Of a stretch of 64,000 nt of DNA, positions 33,201 through 45,200 are shown one piece after another. The DNA comes from Lama glama. Its lineage: Eukaryota. The notes beneath the pieces were generated by a model. The model saw only the letters and a list, made by a program, of their open reading frames with translations, made no database searches and was not told where the DNA came from. Location of the stretch: NCBI GenBank assembly GCA_028534125.1, contig CM052839.1, positions 14,012,001 through 14,076,000 of the forward strand, read 5' to 3'. Position 1 is the first letter of the stretch. Each line of letters starts with the position of its first letter. Both the position numbers and the translations under genes were made by a program.

Positions 33201-36200
33201 GTGGATGTGGAACCCGCAGATACGGAGGGCCCACTGTACTCAGTCACTGGCTACGGGAAAAGTCGGTGAGGAAACGCTGACGTCAGTGCCCCCAGTGTCT
33301 GGCCAGCCCCGCCCCCGCCGTCTGCGGTCACCTGTACGTGCGCAGGACCCGCAGCTGCCCGCTGGCCGTGCGGGTGCCCTTGACCATCCGCAGGAGTTTG
33401 ATGCCCGTGTGAGACACAGCCAGGATCTGCACCCCGGTGCCCACGCTGCCCTGCGGTGGGGAAGAGAGGCATGTTAGGGCCTTCCAACCTCATCCCTAGA
33501 GCCCCTGGGCGGGGAGGGGGCGGGCGGGGCTCGTGCCGTGGGCGGGGAGGGGGCGGGCGGGGCTCGCGCCGTGGGCGGGGAGGGGGCGGGCGGGGCTCGC
33601 ACCGTGGCGGGGAAGAGGCGGGAGAAATAGACCTCCCAGCTGTCGCGCGCGGTGCTGACCACAGCCCGCTTCACGCTCTCCGTCACCAGTGGCTGCTGTG
33701 TGTCCAGCTGGTTCTGGGCTGAGGGACACAGGTCGGGTCAGGACCCTCCCCCTCCCCTGCCAACCCACTTTGCAGGGAGGGAGGTTGACATTCAGCAAGA
33801 AGGTATCGCGCCCAGTGTCCACACTGGGAAACTGATGGCCAAAGACAGAAAGACAGCTGGGCCACAGCCAGTCAGGCAGAGCCCAACTTAGACCTGCAGC
33901 CCAGCAACGGGAGAGGCCCAGAGTGGAGCGGGGAGGGGCGTCTGGGAGGCAGATGGGGCTGGGAGGCCGCATGGACGTCCCTCCCTCCTCCGTGGTACCA
34001 AACAGAGCTTTCATCTTGAGCCTCTCCTCCTCGGAGATGCGCAGGCAGGCCTCGGAGAACGTGTCGTGCAGGATCTGTGGGTGAACCGTGATGCGGGCAG
34101 CCTGTGGGACTCCCCCAGTCGGGAACCTAGGCAGGGCTGTTCTAGGGTGACTGGGAACGGGGGTCCCCTCCACACCGCAGGGGGGTCACGTGTGCGAGTC
34201 AGACCCCACTTACAGCACGCTCTCCTTTCTCCTCGCCTCCCCAGTCTTAGTTTTCTGATGTACATGGTGGGGCTTGGGCTGGACCCCCGGGCCCCGCCCA
34301 GCTCAGACCAACTGTACGTCTGGCTACTACGTGGACTGTGGGTACGTCGACACTGTCCACGCTGGGGGACTCGGCAGGACGGCCTCCTGTCCTCGCTGTG
34401 GTCTGGGACCCCAACTCCGAGGGTGCAGAAGCAGAAGGAGGATCTGCAGACAGCTAGTCTAAGTGCCCACTGCCCTGCTGAGTCCTCGGGGCAGAGGGGA
34501 AGGAGGCCCTCACCTGTCTGAACAGGAGGTCTAGCTGCACAGGGTGGCTGTAGCTGTCCTTGGGGTAGAACACCTGTGGGGGCGGGGCTCTGGTGAGGAC
34601 CTCCTGGAAGCCCCTCTCCAGTGCAGCCCCACTGGCTCTGCCCCAGCTGGGCTTGCCTCGACCAGGTCCACTGCCCCACCCACCCCTGCCTGGCTCCAGG
34701 CACCTCTTTGCGCAGGAAGATCCGCCAGGGGGCGTCCTGGTAGCCATAGAAGTCAGGGTTGAGGAGGCGGTGCAGCCGTGTCTGCACAGGGTCTTCGTCG
34801 GGCTCCAGGGACCTTGAGGGCAGCTCTGGGGAGGCAGAGCCAGGCAGGAGCGGGCCTGAGCACGCAGGCACACCCAGCCCTTCACCCCACACAGAGACCC
34901 AGGGCGTCCGGGCCAAGCGGTGAGCGCAGAGACCAGGCGCTGCTGGAGTTGAGTCCTCTGGCAGGTGAGGACACAGCAGACCACTCAGAATGGACAGAGC
35001 TCTTGGTGCTGGCAGCCGGGGTGGAAATTAAACTGGGGGACTTAGGGAAGTCTGGGGCTGGGCCCTGAGGGGCCATCAGTGTGGGTGGGTGGAGAGGCCT
35101 CTCTGAGGAGGTGATGTTTGAGAACCGAGTGATGAGCAGGGGCCAGGTGAGCATTCTAGGCAGAGGGAACAGCAAGGGCAAAGGCCCTGAGGCAGGAATG
35201 AGCTTGGTGTGTCCCAGAAACAGTGAGGACGAGGGTGTGCTAAGGGAGAGTGGGAGGAGACGAGGTTGGGGAGGATTCCTGGGCCATAGGGGAGGAGTCT
35301 GGAGTTTACCCCAGGAGCCACAGCAGCGTTGTGGTGGGGACATGATGTGAGCTGATTATTTGCTAGGATCACCATGGCAGCCTTGAAGCAGGGTTAGGGC
35401 TCCAACTGTGACACCAGGAGGCCTGGGTTTATATCCCTGGTCTGACACTTTTGAGCTGTGTGATCTCAAGCAAGTGACTTAACCTCTCTGTGCCTGTCTC
35501 CCTGTCTGTAACATCTTCAGGCACAAATGGTCCCATGTTGAAGGGTCTTAGTGAGGATTTAGTAAAGGCAGGGTGAGCCTGGCCTGAAATTAGCGTTATG
35601 TAAGTGCTGATACAATTACACAAACGTCCACACAGCAGGTCCACACGGGCCCGGACGCGGACACACACACCACGCTCATGCAGACCGAGACTCACCTGTG
35701 CTCACAATCATATGCTTGGACACCTGCCCTCTTGCCCCCATCCCCCGTCCCAGCCCTTACCTGGAGTAGGCCCCGGAGACTGCCTTGGTGTGCTGGTCAC
35801 AGGCTTCATCAGGGCCACGGCCTCTCGGGGCACCTGTCCCCACCCGAAAGCAAGTGCTCAGGGGGCAGCAGGGCCACAGCTTACAGGGCAGCTGCATCGG
35901 AGGCTCCCCCAGAGGCCCCACTGGCCCCCCGCTCTGCCTGGGCCCCACCAGACTCTGCCCTCACCAGGGGGCCAGGTGCCGCCGCCGCTTGGCTCATCTG
36001 CCCCTTCAGGATCCTCAGGGCCTCTTCGTGGGGGTCTGGCTGCTTCACAAAGACCCTCCCGCCGTCCTTCCTGCTGGGTTGGACACTGAGTCTCCTTCTT
36101 CCAGCCACAAACTCTCGCAATAGGGAACTTCTCCCCCTACCCCCATCACTACAAATGAGGACCCAGAAAGGACCAGAGACAGGCGTGGGCTCACACAGCA

Positions 36201-39200
36201 CAACCTAGACAGCAGTCTGAGCCTCCCTCTGCCCGGGGAACGCGTCTGGACCATCTGCGTGAACAGACTCCCTCCCTGAAGTTTGCCGGGGTTGGGGTGC
36301 GCTGCTAACCCAGATGATGGTCACACGGACGCTGGGCACGCAGGCCTGCGAGGAGGCCAGGCTGGAGGGCTGGGGTGGGCAGGCTGACCTGAGTGCCTCG
36401 GGCCGGCCTCCCCGGGGCGGCTGCTGGTACTGCCTGACGATGTTCTTGATCTGCTGCGTGGGCTGCGGGAAGTGCTCCGAGTTGAGGGTCGAGGACCGAA
36501 CCAGCTCTGGGCAGGGTGACGCTGTGGCCAGGCAGGGGACAGGGTGAGGCCTCACTCCCAGCCCCGTCCCGGGAAGCCCCCAGCTGGGATAGGACACTCA
36601 CTGGTTTCCGGAGAAGCCCTGCCCTGAGCTAGAATGGGGGCAGCCACGGGCTTGGTGGGGGGCCTCGGGGCCTTGGCCAGAGGGGCAGGGGCCGCGGGCT
36701 TCGGAGCGGAGCGCAGGAGCACGGGCTTGGCCGGGGGTCCCGTGCCTACGAACTTGGGCTGAGCCTCCAGCGCCAGAGGTTTCTGTGGAGAGCAGCGTGT
36801 GAGGTGGGCTTCCTGCGACACACCAGTCTGCTCTCAGGGACCCCAGGTCTGCCCGGGAGGGGCTGTGGGGCTCCTGACTCAGAGAGGTACGCGACGCCCG
36901 AGGGCAGCCCAGCACTCACCGGGGGGCCAGGCTCACCTCTGGGGGCAAGGGCCTGGGCGCGGGCCTCAGGGGCGGCTGCTGCAACGCCATGGCCTGCAGG
37001 GCCATCTCCCGGGCCTGGGGAGAGGCAGCGGCGGTGACCCGGCGGCCCGGCTCGGCCCCCACCCCTGGGGAGCCCCCAGGCACTCACCAGCAGCACGGCT
37101 TGCTTGTGGATGAAGGCTTGCTGCAGAGCCAACGTGGAGGCGTCCAGGCCTGGAACTACAGGCGCCGGGTCAGGAGGCGTGGATCCAGAGGTGGGGGCGA
37201 CGGGAGAAATGGGAACTCCTTACCCCCCGCCCCCCACTGGCTCACCCTCCCCCCACTCCCGAGGCTGCCTCTGCTCTAGGTCCGAAGGAGCCCTGAGAAC
37301 CACGGGGCCCCCTTGCCCGACCCTGGGACCCATCCGGGGGCAGGCACTGACTTGGCTTTGGCTTGGGCTCTGGAGGTCTCCCGGTGGTGCCGTTGGTGCT
37401 GCTGCTGCCACCCCCGCCAGGCTGGCTGCCCCCTTTCATGCGACAGGCCATGGCTGTTGGCTTCTCCAGGTCCTGGGGGCAGTAGGTGGCTCAAGTGACC
37501 GCCTCAATGCCGTGTTCCCCAGGTTCCAAGGCAACAGGCACCTGACACCGCCACCGCCTCCGCCTCCATCCCAAGGCCTCCCCTGGCAGCATCTGCCATG
37601 TGCCCAGCCTCTGCACCCAAATCGGTCCTCCCACCCCCTTTCACAGAGGAGTGAACTGAGGTTCAAAGGGGCTGCGCCCTGCTTAGGGCCACACGTCCTG
37701 CCATGGAGGGGCTCCTGGGAGTTCCTGGAGTGAGCAAGGGGGCCATGGGGTGGGGGGAGGGTCCTGGACTTCCAGCCGTGGGCCCTTCCGTGTCCAGCAG
37801 GAGCACCTCCAGCTGTGGGGACACTCTCACCCTTCGTCTGGCCCCCAGCAGAGACCCAAACCGAACACGCCACCCCATGGCCCTGGCTGTGAGAGGCCCC
37901 TGTCGCCCTGCCAGTGTGTAACTCAGTGTGCACGTGCTGGGCCCGTGGTCCATGGATGCCCCGCCGCATCCCTACCGCGTCCCCATAGGACAGCACAGGG
38001 CTGAAGAGGCTGTCCAGGTAGCAGTCCAGCCCCTTGTGGGGCACAGCGGGCTCTCCAAGGCTGTCCGAGTCTGGTGAGGGTGGGGGGACACGAGAGTCGA
38101 GTTCTTTTCTCCTGCTGACCACCATCCCTAGCCCCAGGCTCCCTCCCACCAGAGACAGCTGCCACTGCTGGTTGACCTTGGTGGGTCGCTGTCCCTCTCT
38201 GGGCCTCAGTCTCCCCATTTGTACCATCCTCCTTGTGACTGCAGTACCCATCAGAGTCAGCCACTTGGGGCACATGCCCCTGGGGCTGTGGCCTAGCAGG
38301 CGCCTCCTCCTCCGAGTCCCAGCTGTCCCCGAACAGCCTGTGGGGAAAGGGAAACATGGAGCAGTGACCCGCAGAGAGACCACCTTTCCCAATCCTCTTT
38401 GCCCTGGAAGTGGCCGACTCCCTCCCTTTAGAGGCAGGACCCGTGCTGAGCCTCACCCCCACGAGAACCTTGAAGCTAAATTCAGAATGCACACAGCCTC
38501 TCCCAGCAACCGGGAGGGAAGCCTTGTGCATGAGAGGCCGTCTGTCCGAGGGGCCCAGGGAGTCACCTACACTCTGGGGCCTCCCTTGCCAGCCGTGGGC
38601 TCCTCTGCACCCACAATGAAGTAGGACTTCTGTCGCGGGAAGTCCCTGAGCAGCTCTAGGTCCGACACCAGGTCCAGCACGTAGTCATGGCCCGCCAGCT
38701 CTGCCCACTGGACCCCATTCTTCATGGCCACCGTCCAGCCCCGCCAGCCGTCCGTCAGCCCCCTGGTGACAGCACACAGAGGGATGGAAATGAGGAAGAG
38801 AGCCAAGAGGACCGCCCAGGGAGGCCCGGGGATGTGAGCCAGACACCACCATGACCAGAGTGAACCCTATGGGACTCTGGGGGATCTGCCCTCCTGCCCA
38901 CCCCCCCAGCCCAGGTGCACAAGGGTGCACTGGATCGGGCATTCCAGAAGCCAACCTGTGCCTCAGAATGTCTCCAGCCACCTCTTCCCCCGTACTCCAG
39001 GAGTGCACCGGGCAGGAGAACTGGTCACCTGGGGCGGCAGCAGGGGTGGGGCTCAGCCCAGAGCAGGAGTGTCTGTGGGCCAAGCCTCCCGCTCCCCCGT
39101 CCCCGAACTCACATCCTCGCTGCCCTGGCTCCACTCCCCCATTCCAGGCCTGGCCCCACACCCCCACACCGGCCTCTCTCCAGGGCTCCATCCAGCAGGC

Positions 39201-42200
39201 CCCTCCCAGCTCCAGAGCCTCCTGGGCTTCTCCTAACCCCAGAGCTACTGGCCTCTGCTACCTCCAGCTGTCCCCAATGCAGGGGGAGGGAGGGGCAGGC
39301 AGGGAGGGAAGGCGCTCACCATTGAGGCAGCCCACGTCCAGCGCCATGCCGGCCTTCTCCTGGGCAGCCGTCCACTCGAGCTGGCTGGGAGGGAAGGTGC
39401 GGGCAGCCCCGGAGCCCTGCTGCTGAGCCCGGCCCATGGCCTGCATGAGGCGATGCTGACACACGGCCTGGAAGCCATCCCGCCCATGATCAGACACAAA
39501 CCTGAGGGGAGGAGTGGGCACCGGAGGAAGAGGGAGCCGAGGCCGGCGGGTGGGCGTGAGGGAAGGCCCCGAGGCCTGCGCAAGGGAGGCCCAGGCCAGC
39601 CCAGGGCGCCAGAGCCCGGCTGAAAGGGTCCAGGGTGCCCGGAGTGTCTCAAGTTAGCACAGCGGTCCAAGGACTGGCCGAAGAGGTCATAGCTTGGCCC
39701 ACCCAAGCTTGTTGGAGCAACACGTCATCAAAAGGGTGGGGTCTGAGCAGGGCATGGACAGAGACCCGGACCCCGGAGACTCGGTTCTCTCACCAGGCAG
39801 CCCTGGGTGACTACCTGCCCTCTCCGAGGCTGCCCCCAAGTTCTCGTCCACAGAAGAGATGGCTGTGAGGGTGCAATCCGAACCAGGACCAGCCAGCCTG
39901 ATCCCCGCCCCTCCCACCCGCTAAGGGCCGGCCCACAGCAGCTGCAAGGGGGAACCTCGGGCAGCAGCTGCAAGGGGGAACCTTGGGCAGCGGCCGCAGG
40001 AAGCCGGATGGGCAGGTGGTGGCCCTACCCTCGGCAGGTTCACAAGACTGGCCAAGGAGCTGCCCTCCTGCACGTGATCCGGGGGGAGCTCTGTACCCTC
40101 TGCAACTCACAGCCACCCCGTAGGGTGGGTCCTGTTACCATCCCCAAGTCACAGGTAAGAGATGTTCAGAGAAGGGCAATGATATGCCCCAGGTCACACA
40201 GCAAGTCAGTGGCAGAGCTAGGATTCATGCCCAGGGCCTGCTTGAGCTCTTTTCCTGAAGTCATCCTTACCACACAGCAGGGTGACATCACCACCACCAT
40301 CTTATCGCCACCAGGGTGTTGCTACCCTCACGGAGCACACACCGCGCGCCTGTCTCTGTTCTAGGCACTTCACACATGTTTGCCGTTTAATCCTCACACA
40401 GCCTATGGAGCAGGTACTCTTCTCATCCCCATTTTATAGGTGAGGAAACTCAGGCTCAGAGATGTTAAGTAACTTGCCCAAGGTCACCCAGCTCATTTGG
40501 ATACAGACTGTCAGGGCCTGCACTCCTGACCACCCTGCCGTACCTGCCCCTGCCCCCATGACATGAGAGATGGATGCGCTCTTCCAAATTCCCTACTCCC
40601 TGGTCCTGCCACCTCTGGGCTCCAGACTCCCACCCTCTCAGTGAAGCCCTGGGCCAGCCTCGGAGCCTGAACCTCCCAGCACAGAGCGTCACTCCTGGCC
40701 TGACCTCACATCCTTACGCCCCGGCCCTGCTCGGTTCCACTCACTTGAGCAGATACTTGTCGAAGCGTGAGGAAGGTGCGAAGCCACCTAGGCAGGCGGC
40801 CAGCAAGAGCCAGCCCCGCTCAGCGTTGTGGGCGCTGGGGTTGCGCCACACCTGGTTGGTCAGCTGCACCAGGATCTCGTCCCGCAGCTCAGGCACCGCC
40901 AGCCCTTTCTGGACGATGTAGTTCCCGAAGACGCTGTCCCGGGCACCGTGCAGCTGGGGGTCGCCCATGAAACGCAGGATCTGGCCACAGACAGAATCTC
41001 CTGGGCCTCTTGGAAGGTTGTCCCTGCCCGGTCCCCACCCCCTGGGCATCTCTCTCATGTCCTTCCCACGTGTCCCCCTGCCCACGTGAAATGTTACAGT
41101 GTAACAGCCCTGTCCCACAAGAAGCGGCTAAGCATTTGGGAAAAGTCAAGGTATTCATTAACCTACAGCTTCCCACATAGCACCCTCTCCCCGCTCCCCT
41201 GGCCTCCAGCAGGCTCCTCACCCCTTGCTCCATCCAGGCCCCACAGGGGACCGTCCAACATGCATACCCGACCATGTCCCTCCCATGGAAGCACCTCCCT
41301 TGGCTCCCTCCGGCCTCTGGCGTGAAACCACAGCTCTGGGCCTGTCATCAAGGCCTTGGGACCCCTCTGGCCTTCGCCCTCCTACATCTCTGTTCTGATC
41401 CGTCTATTTCCTCATCTCTCTGTGCCTTCTCCACCTGCCCTGGCTGGGAGACTCAGATGCCTCCCTCCTCTCTAGCTCAAATGCCCCCTCCTCCAGGAAG
41501 CCCTCACCAACCCTGCCCAGGGCTGGATGGGGGGCCCTGCCTGGACTCCCCAACCTTCGCAACCCCCTGCTTGGTACGAGGTCTGCTTGGCCTCCCTTTT
41601 CAGACTAGGAAGTCCTTGAGGGGAGGACTGGATCTGCTCTTGGTGTCCTCAGATACTCCAGAGAGGCTTGGAGGCAGACTCTTTGCCAGGAAGCTGGCTG
41701 GGAGAAGAAAGACCCCCCAACCCCAGGCCCAGCCTGGAGGGGAGGCCAGACACCCTCAAAGCAGTCTCTCCTGCAAGGAGGAGGCCCGGGCTCATGCCTG
41801 GGCCAGTGGAGGGTCCAGGAGTGCAGGACCAGAGGACTCATGGTCTGGCCTCAGGGGCAGGGGCTGGGAATTCGCGGTGGTCTGGGCAGACCCATACCAG
41901 CTTGAAGATTCCCACGGCCTCTGCGTGGTGCTCGGCCGGCAGCCACGTGAGGGGTGTCCTCAGGGGCACTGTCAGCATCCCGAAGGCAGGTTCCTGGGGG
42001 CACAGGGCAGGCACGTGGGGACAGAGGCGGGCGGGGGCATGGGGCTCCTGTCTGCAGCGTGCAAAAGGGAAGCTGTGGCTTGGAGCGGGGCCAATACCAG
42101 CCCTCAGAAGTCTGTGGTCAACGCCCCACAGGGGTCCTCTCTGGAGGGCAGGAAATTAAGACCAGGGACGATGTGCTCTGGGCCCACCAGCTGTTAAATT

Positions 42201-45200
42201 CCTGAACTATCTCCAGATCGGTTGGCCGAAAGCCACTCCTGAGCCCTCGGGTACCCTCCACTGCCATCCAGGCCTCCCGGGAGGCCCCAGGCTCCTCCTG
42301 ATCCAGCAACAGAAGGCCTCATACCTGACCCCGCAGGAGCCTGCCTGGGGCAGAGGACAGCATCAGTGCTAACTGGTGGCGCCCACACTGGCCAGGGCCG
42401 CGTGGGCCTGCACCGGCTCTTACCCTGAAGTGGCACCGGACAAACTTGGCCATGGGGTGGTTGTTGATGTCCAGGGGCAAGGTGACCCGGGGCTCGGCCT
42501 GAAGCCGGGGAGTCCGCACGGGGGCCACCTGGGGGCCCTGGGCCATCCTGAGACCTGTGGATGTGGAGGAGGACATGAGGCACCTGGCCCCCCCGCTCCC
42601 CCCGCCCCACCACATCGTCCGGCACTGACGCACCTGTCACGGCTCGCAAGAGCCCAGCCAGCTCTGCTGGCACCTCCAGGTGCCCCACAGCCACCACCTG
42701 CCGCTTGCTCAGCTCCTGCAGGGACGGCACATGGTGAGGGGATGGGCCCGCCACCATCCCCGCCTGCCAGCCTCCCTTCCGGTCCCCTGCGGCCAAGTGG
42801 ACCCCCACACCCACCTCCTGCTCCCGCAGCCGCGCCTCCTCCACCCGGAGTCTCCGCTCTGCCCTTAGCTGCAGGAGAGCGGATGGTCAAGGCGGGAACG
42901 GCGGGCAGAGGCGACGGCGGCCCCAGGCCGGGGCGGGCCAGGCCAGTGCGCCCAAGGCAGCCAGCAGGAGAAGCCAGGGCTCAGCATGCCTGCTGCCTGG
43001 AGGCGACCACCCCCCTCAGAGGTGGGGGAGGCAGAGGTGTGGCCAGAGAAACGTGTGTTGGGGACAAAGACAGCAAGACAGACAGAGGCAAGGGCAGGGG
43101 GAGGACCATTCGGGGAAGCGAGGGTCGTGGGGTTTCTGGGAAGCAGCAGGCAGACGCCCCTTCCCCGTCGCCCCCAAAGTAGCCAGTAGAGGCACACAGC
43201 TCCTCGGGGCTCTGGGGTTATGTTCGTCTTTCTGGCGGTTGGTCACATGACAACAGCCTGAGACAGGCATCAAGGCAAGAGCAAAACCTCCTCCAGTGCT
43301 GCTCGGGCCACCAAACTCCAGTTGTGCCCAAGTCCCGAAGCTCCTGCTGTGACCCTAGACCCAGGCCAGACGCCTTCAATGCAGCCCCTACCTGACCCTC
43401 TCCACACCGCTCTCCTCTTGGCTAGAGAGGGCCAAGGTCACCCAGCTGGTGAGTGGTGGGGCGGGGACCTGAACCCAAGACTGTCCGGGCTGGCAGTCTC
43501 CTCCTGGGTGCTGGGTGCCTCCTCCCCATCCCTGCTGCCCCCGGGCCCAGATGGGGCAGGCCTGGCTCCTGGAAGAAGGGCGAGGGGCAGGCCTGCACCT
43601 TGAGGTAACGCCGGTGGCTCATGTACATGTGCACCAGGGACCGGAACTTCACCAGACTCCTCCTCATCTGCTGATACCGCTGCCTGGGGGTGCGGAGGGA
43701 AGAACGGTCTTGGTAGGGGGCTCAGGGGTGGCCTAGGGGCAGAGATGCCCACACCAGCCTGGCTTGGTGTCAGTGTCCACACTTCACTCTGGGGCTCTCT
43801 GCACAGAGGGAAACAAGCTCAGAGAGAAGCAGTGACTTGGCCAAGGTCACACAGCCAACTGAGTGCCAGGGCCTGGATTAAGCCATCTGGATCATGTACT
43901 TCCCATCACATGGTAGTTCCAGGGTACAGGAGATGCAGGGTGGGGCCTCTCTTGGCTGGACAGATTCCCACTCACTGGTCACAGAGGCCAGGGGGTGGGA
44001 GAGAAGGACATCCAAGAGGAGAGACACAGAGAATCTGACCATCCTTTCTGCAGAGGTCCTCACTCTCAGCTTGCATGCCTCCAGGAGCAGAGAGCTCACT
44101 ATCCAAGTTCGGGCATGGCCTCCCCTCAGCCTAACCTTAGTCCTGCCCCATCTGGGCCGCACCTGGCCAGGTAGCCTCGGGCCCGGCTTTGCAGGAGGAT
44201 GATCTTGCGGCGCAGAGAGCGGAAACGCCGCTGGATGAAGAAGCCGCGGAGGCAGCGCTGCAGCGTGAGGGCTGCCAGGTTCAGGGCGTGCCCCCTCATG
44301 CCCTCCAGCAGCTGGTGGAGGTGCTCCTTAAGGAACAGCTGAGGGCGGCCGGCAAGCACTGAGGCAGGGAAGGGCCCGGTAACCGACTGGGGGCCCCGCC
44401 CTCCCCAGAAGCCCAGGAGCCCGACCGACAGCCCCTGGAGCTGGTGGATTTGGAGAGGGCGAAGGGGTGACGGTGAACCAGGCAGCAGGAACCGCCCCAG
44501 CAAAGCTCTGGACGTGGGATCAACATTCCATTTACCAGCTCTACGGCGCGGCCTCCAGGACGGTAATCCAGCTTGGGCGTCTCTCAGTTCCCAGGCTCCA
44601 GCTCCAGAGCCCCTGAGAGTGGGGTGTGGAACCCCCAGGGGTGGGACTCACCTTGCTGACACCGACGCGGTACATGTTGGGCGTGACTGTGCACAGGCAG
44701 CTCAGCACCGACACACACATGTCCCCACTGGCGGGTAGGTCGCGCTGGAGGGCCACCAGACAGCGGTACCTGCAGGGCCCAAACTCACCCAGGGGCCTGC
44801 GAGACCCCAGGGTCACCACCCCGGACACCTGTGTCTGGGAGGCCGGGTCCCAGCAGTGTCTCCACTCCTAGTGTCTCCTTATCAGAAAAAAAGCTTTCTG
44901 TCCTCAAGACTCTACTTCTAGGTGTCTGAAAACAGTCATAACTGGTTTCAGTAGAATAAGACATTTTACTGCCATCTGCTGGGAACTTGCAATGATAACT
45001 ATTAAAATTACTTTCTCTCTTTGGAATCAACACATACATGATAAAACTGAAAAAATTCAAAAAATAAATATATCTGCCATGTAACAACTAATACGTGGTG
45101 GCCTTGCACAGTGCACAACCTGGGCAACTGTGTATGGCAAGCCCTAGTCTGCCTGGACTGGGCATCCCTGGGGCCCTGGTGGGCTGCGTTGGGTTCTGTG

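Noticed and set aside
29722-33604. 33-bp and 38-bp repeats as CRISPR-like arrays
   Set aside because: Head-to-tail minisatellites with no unique spacers and no cas genes, in mammalian introns
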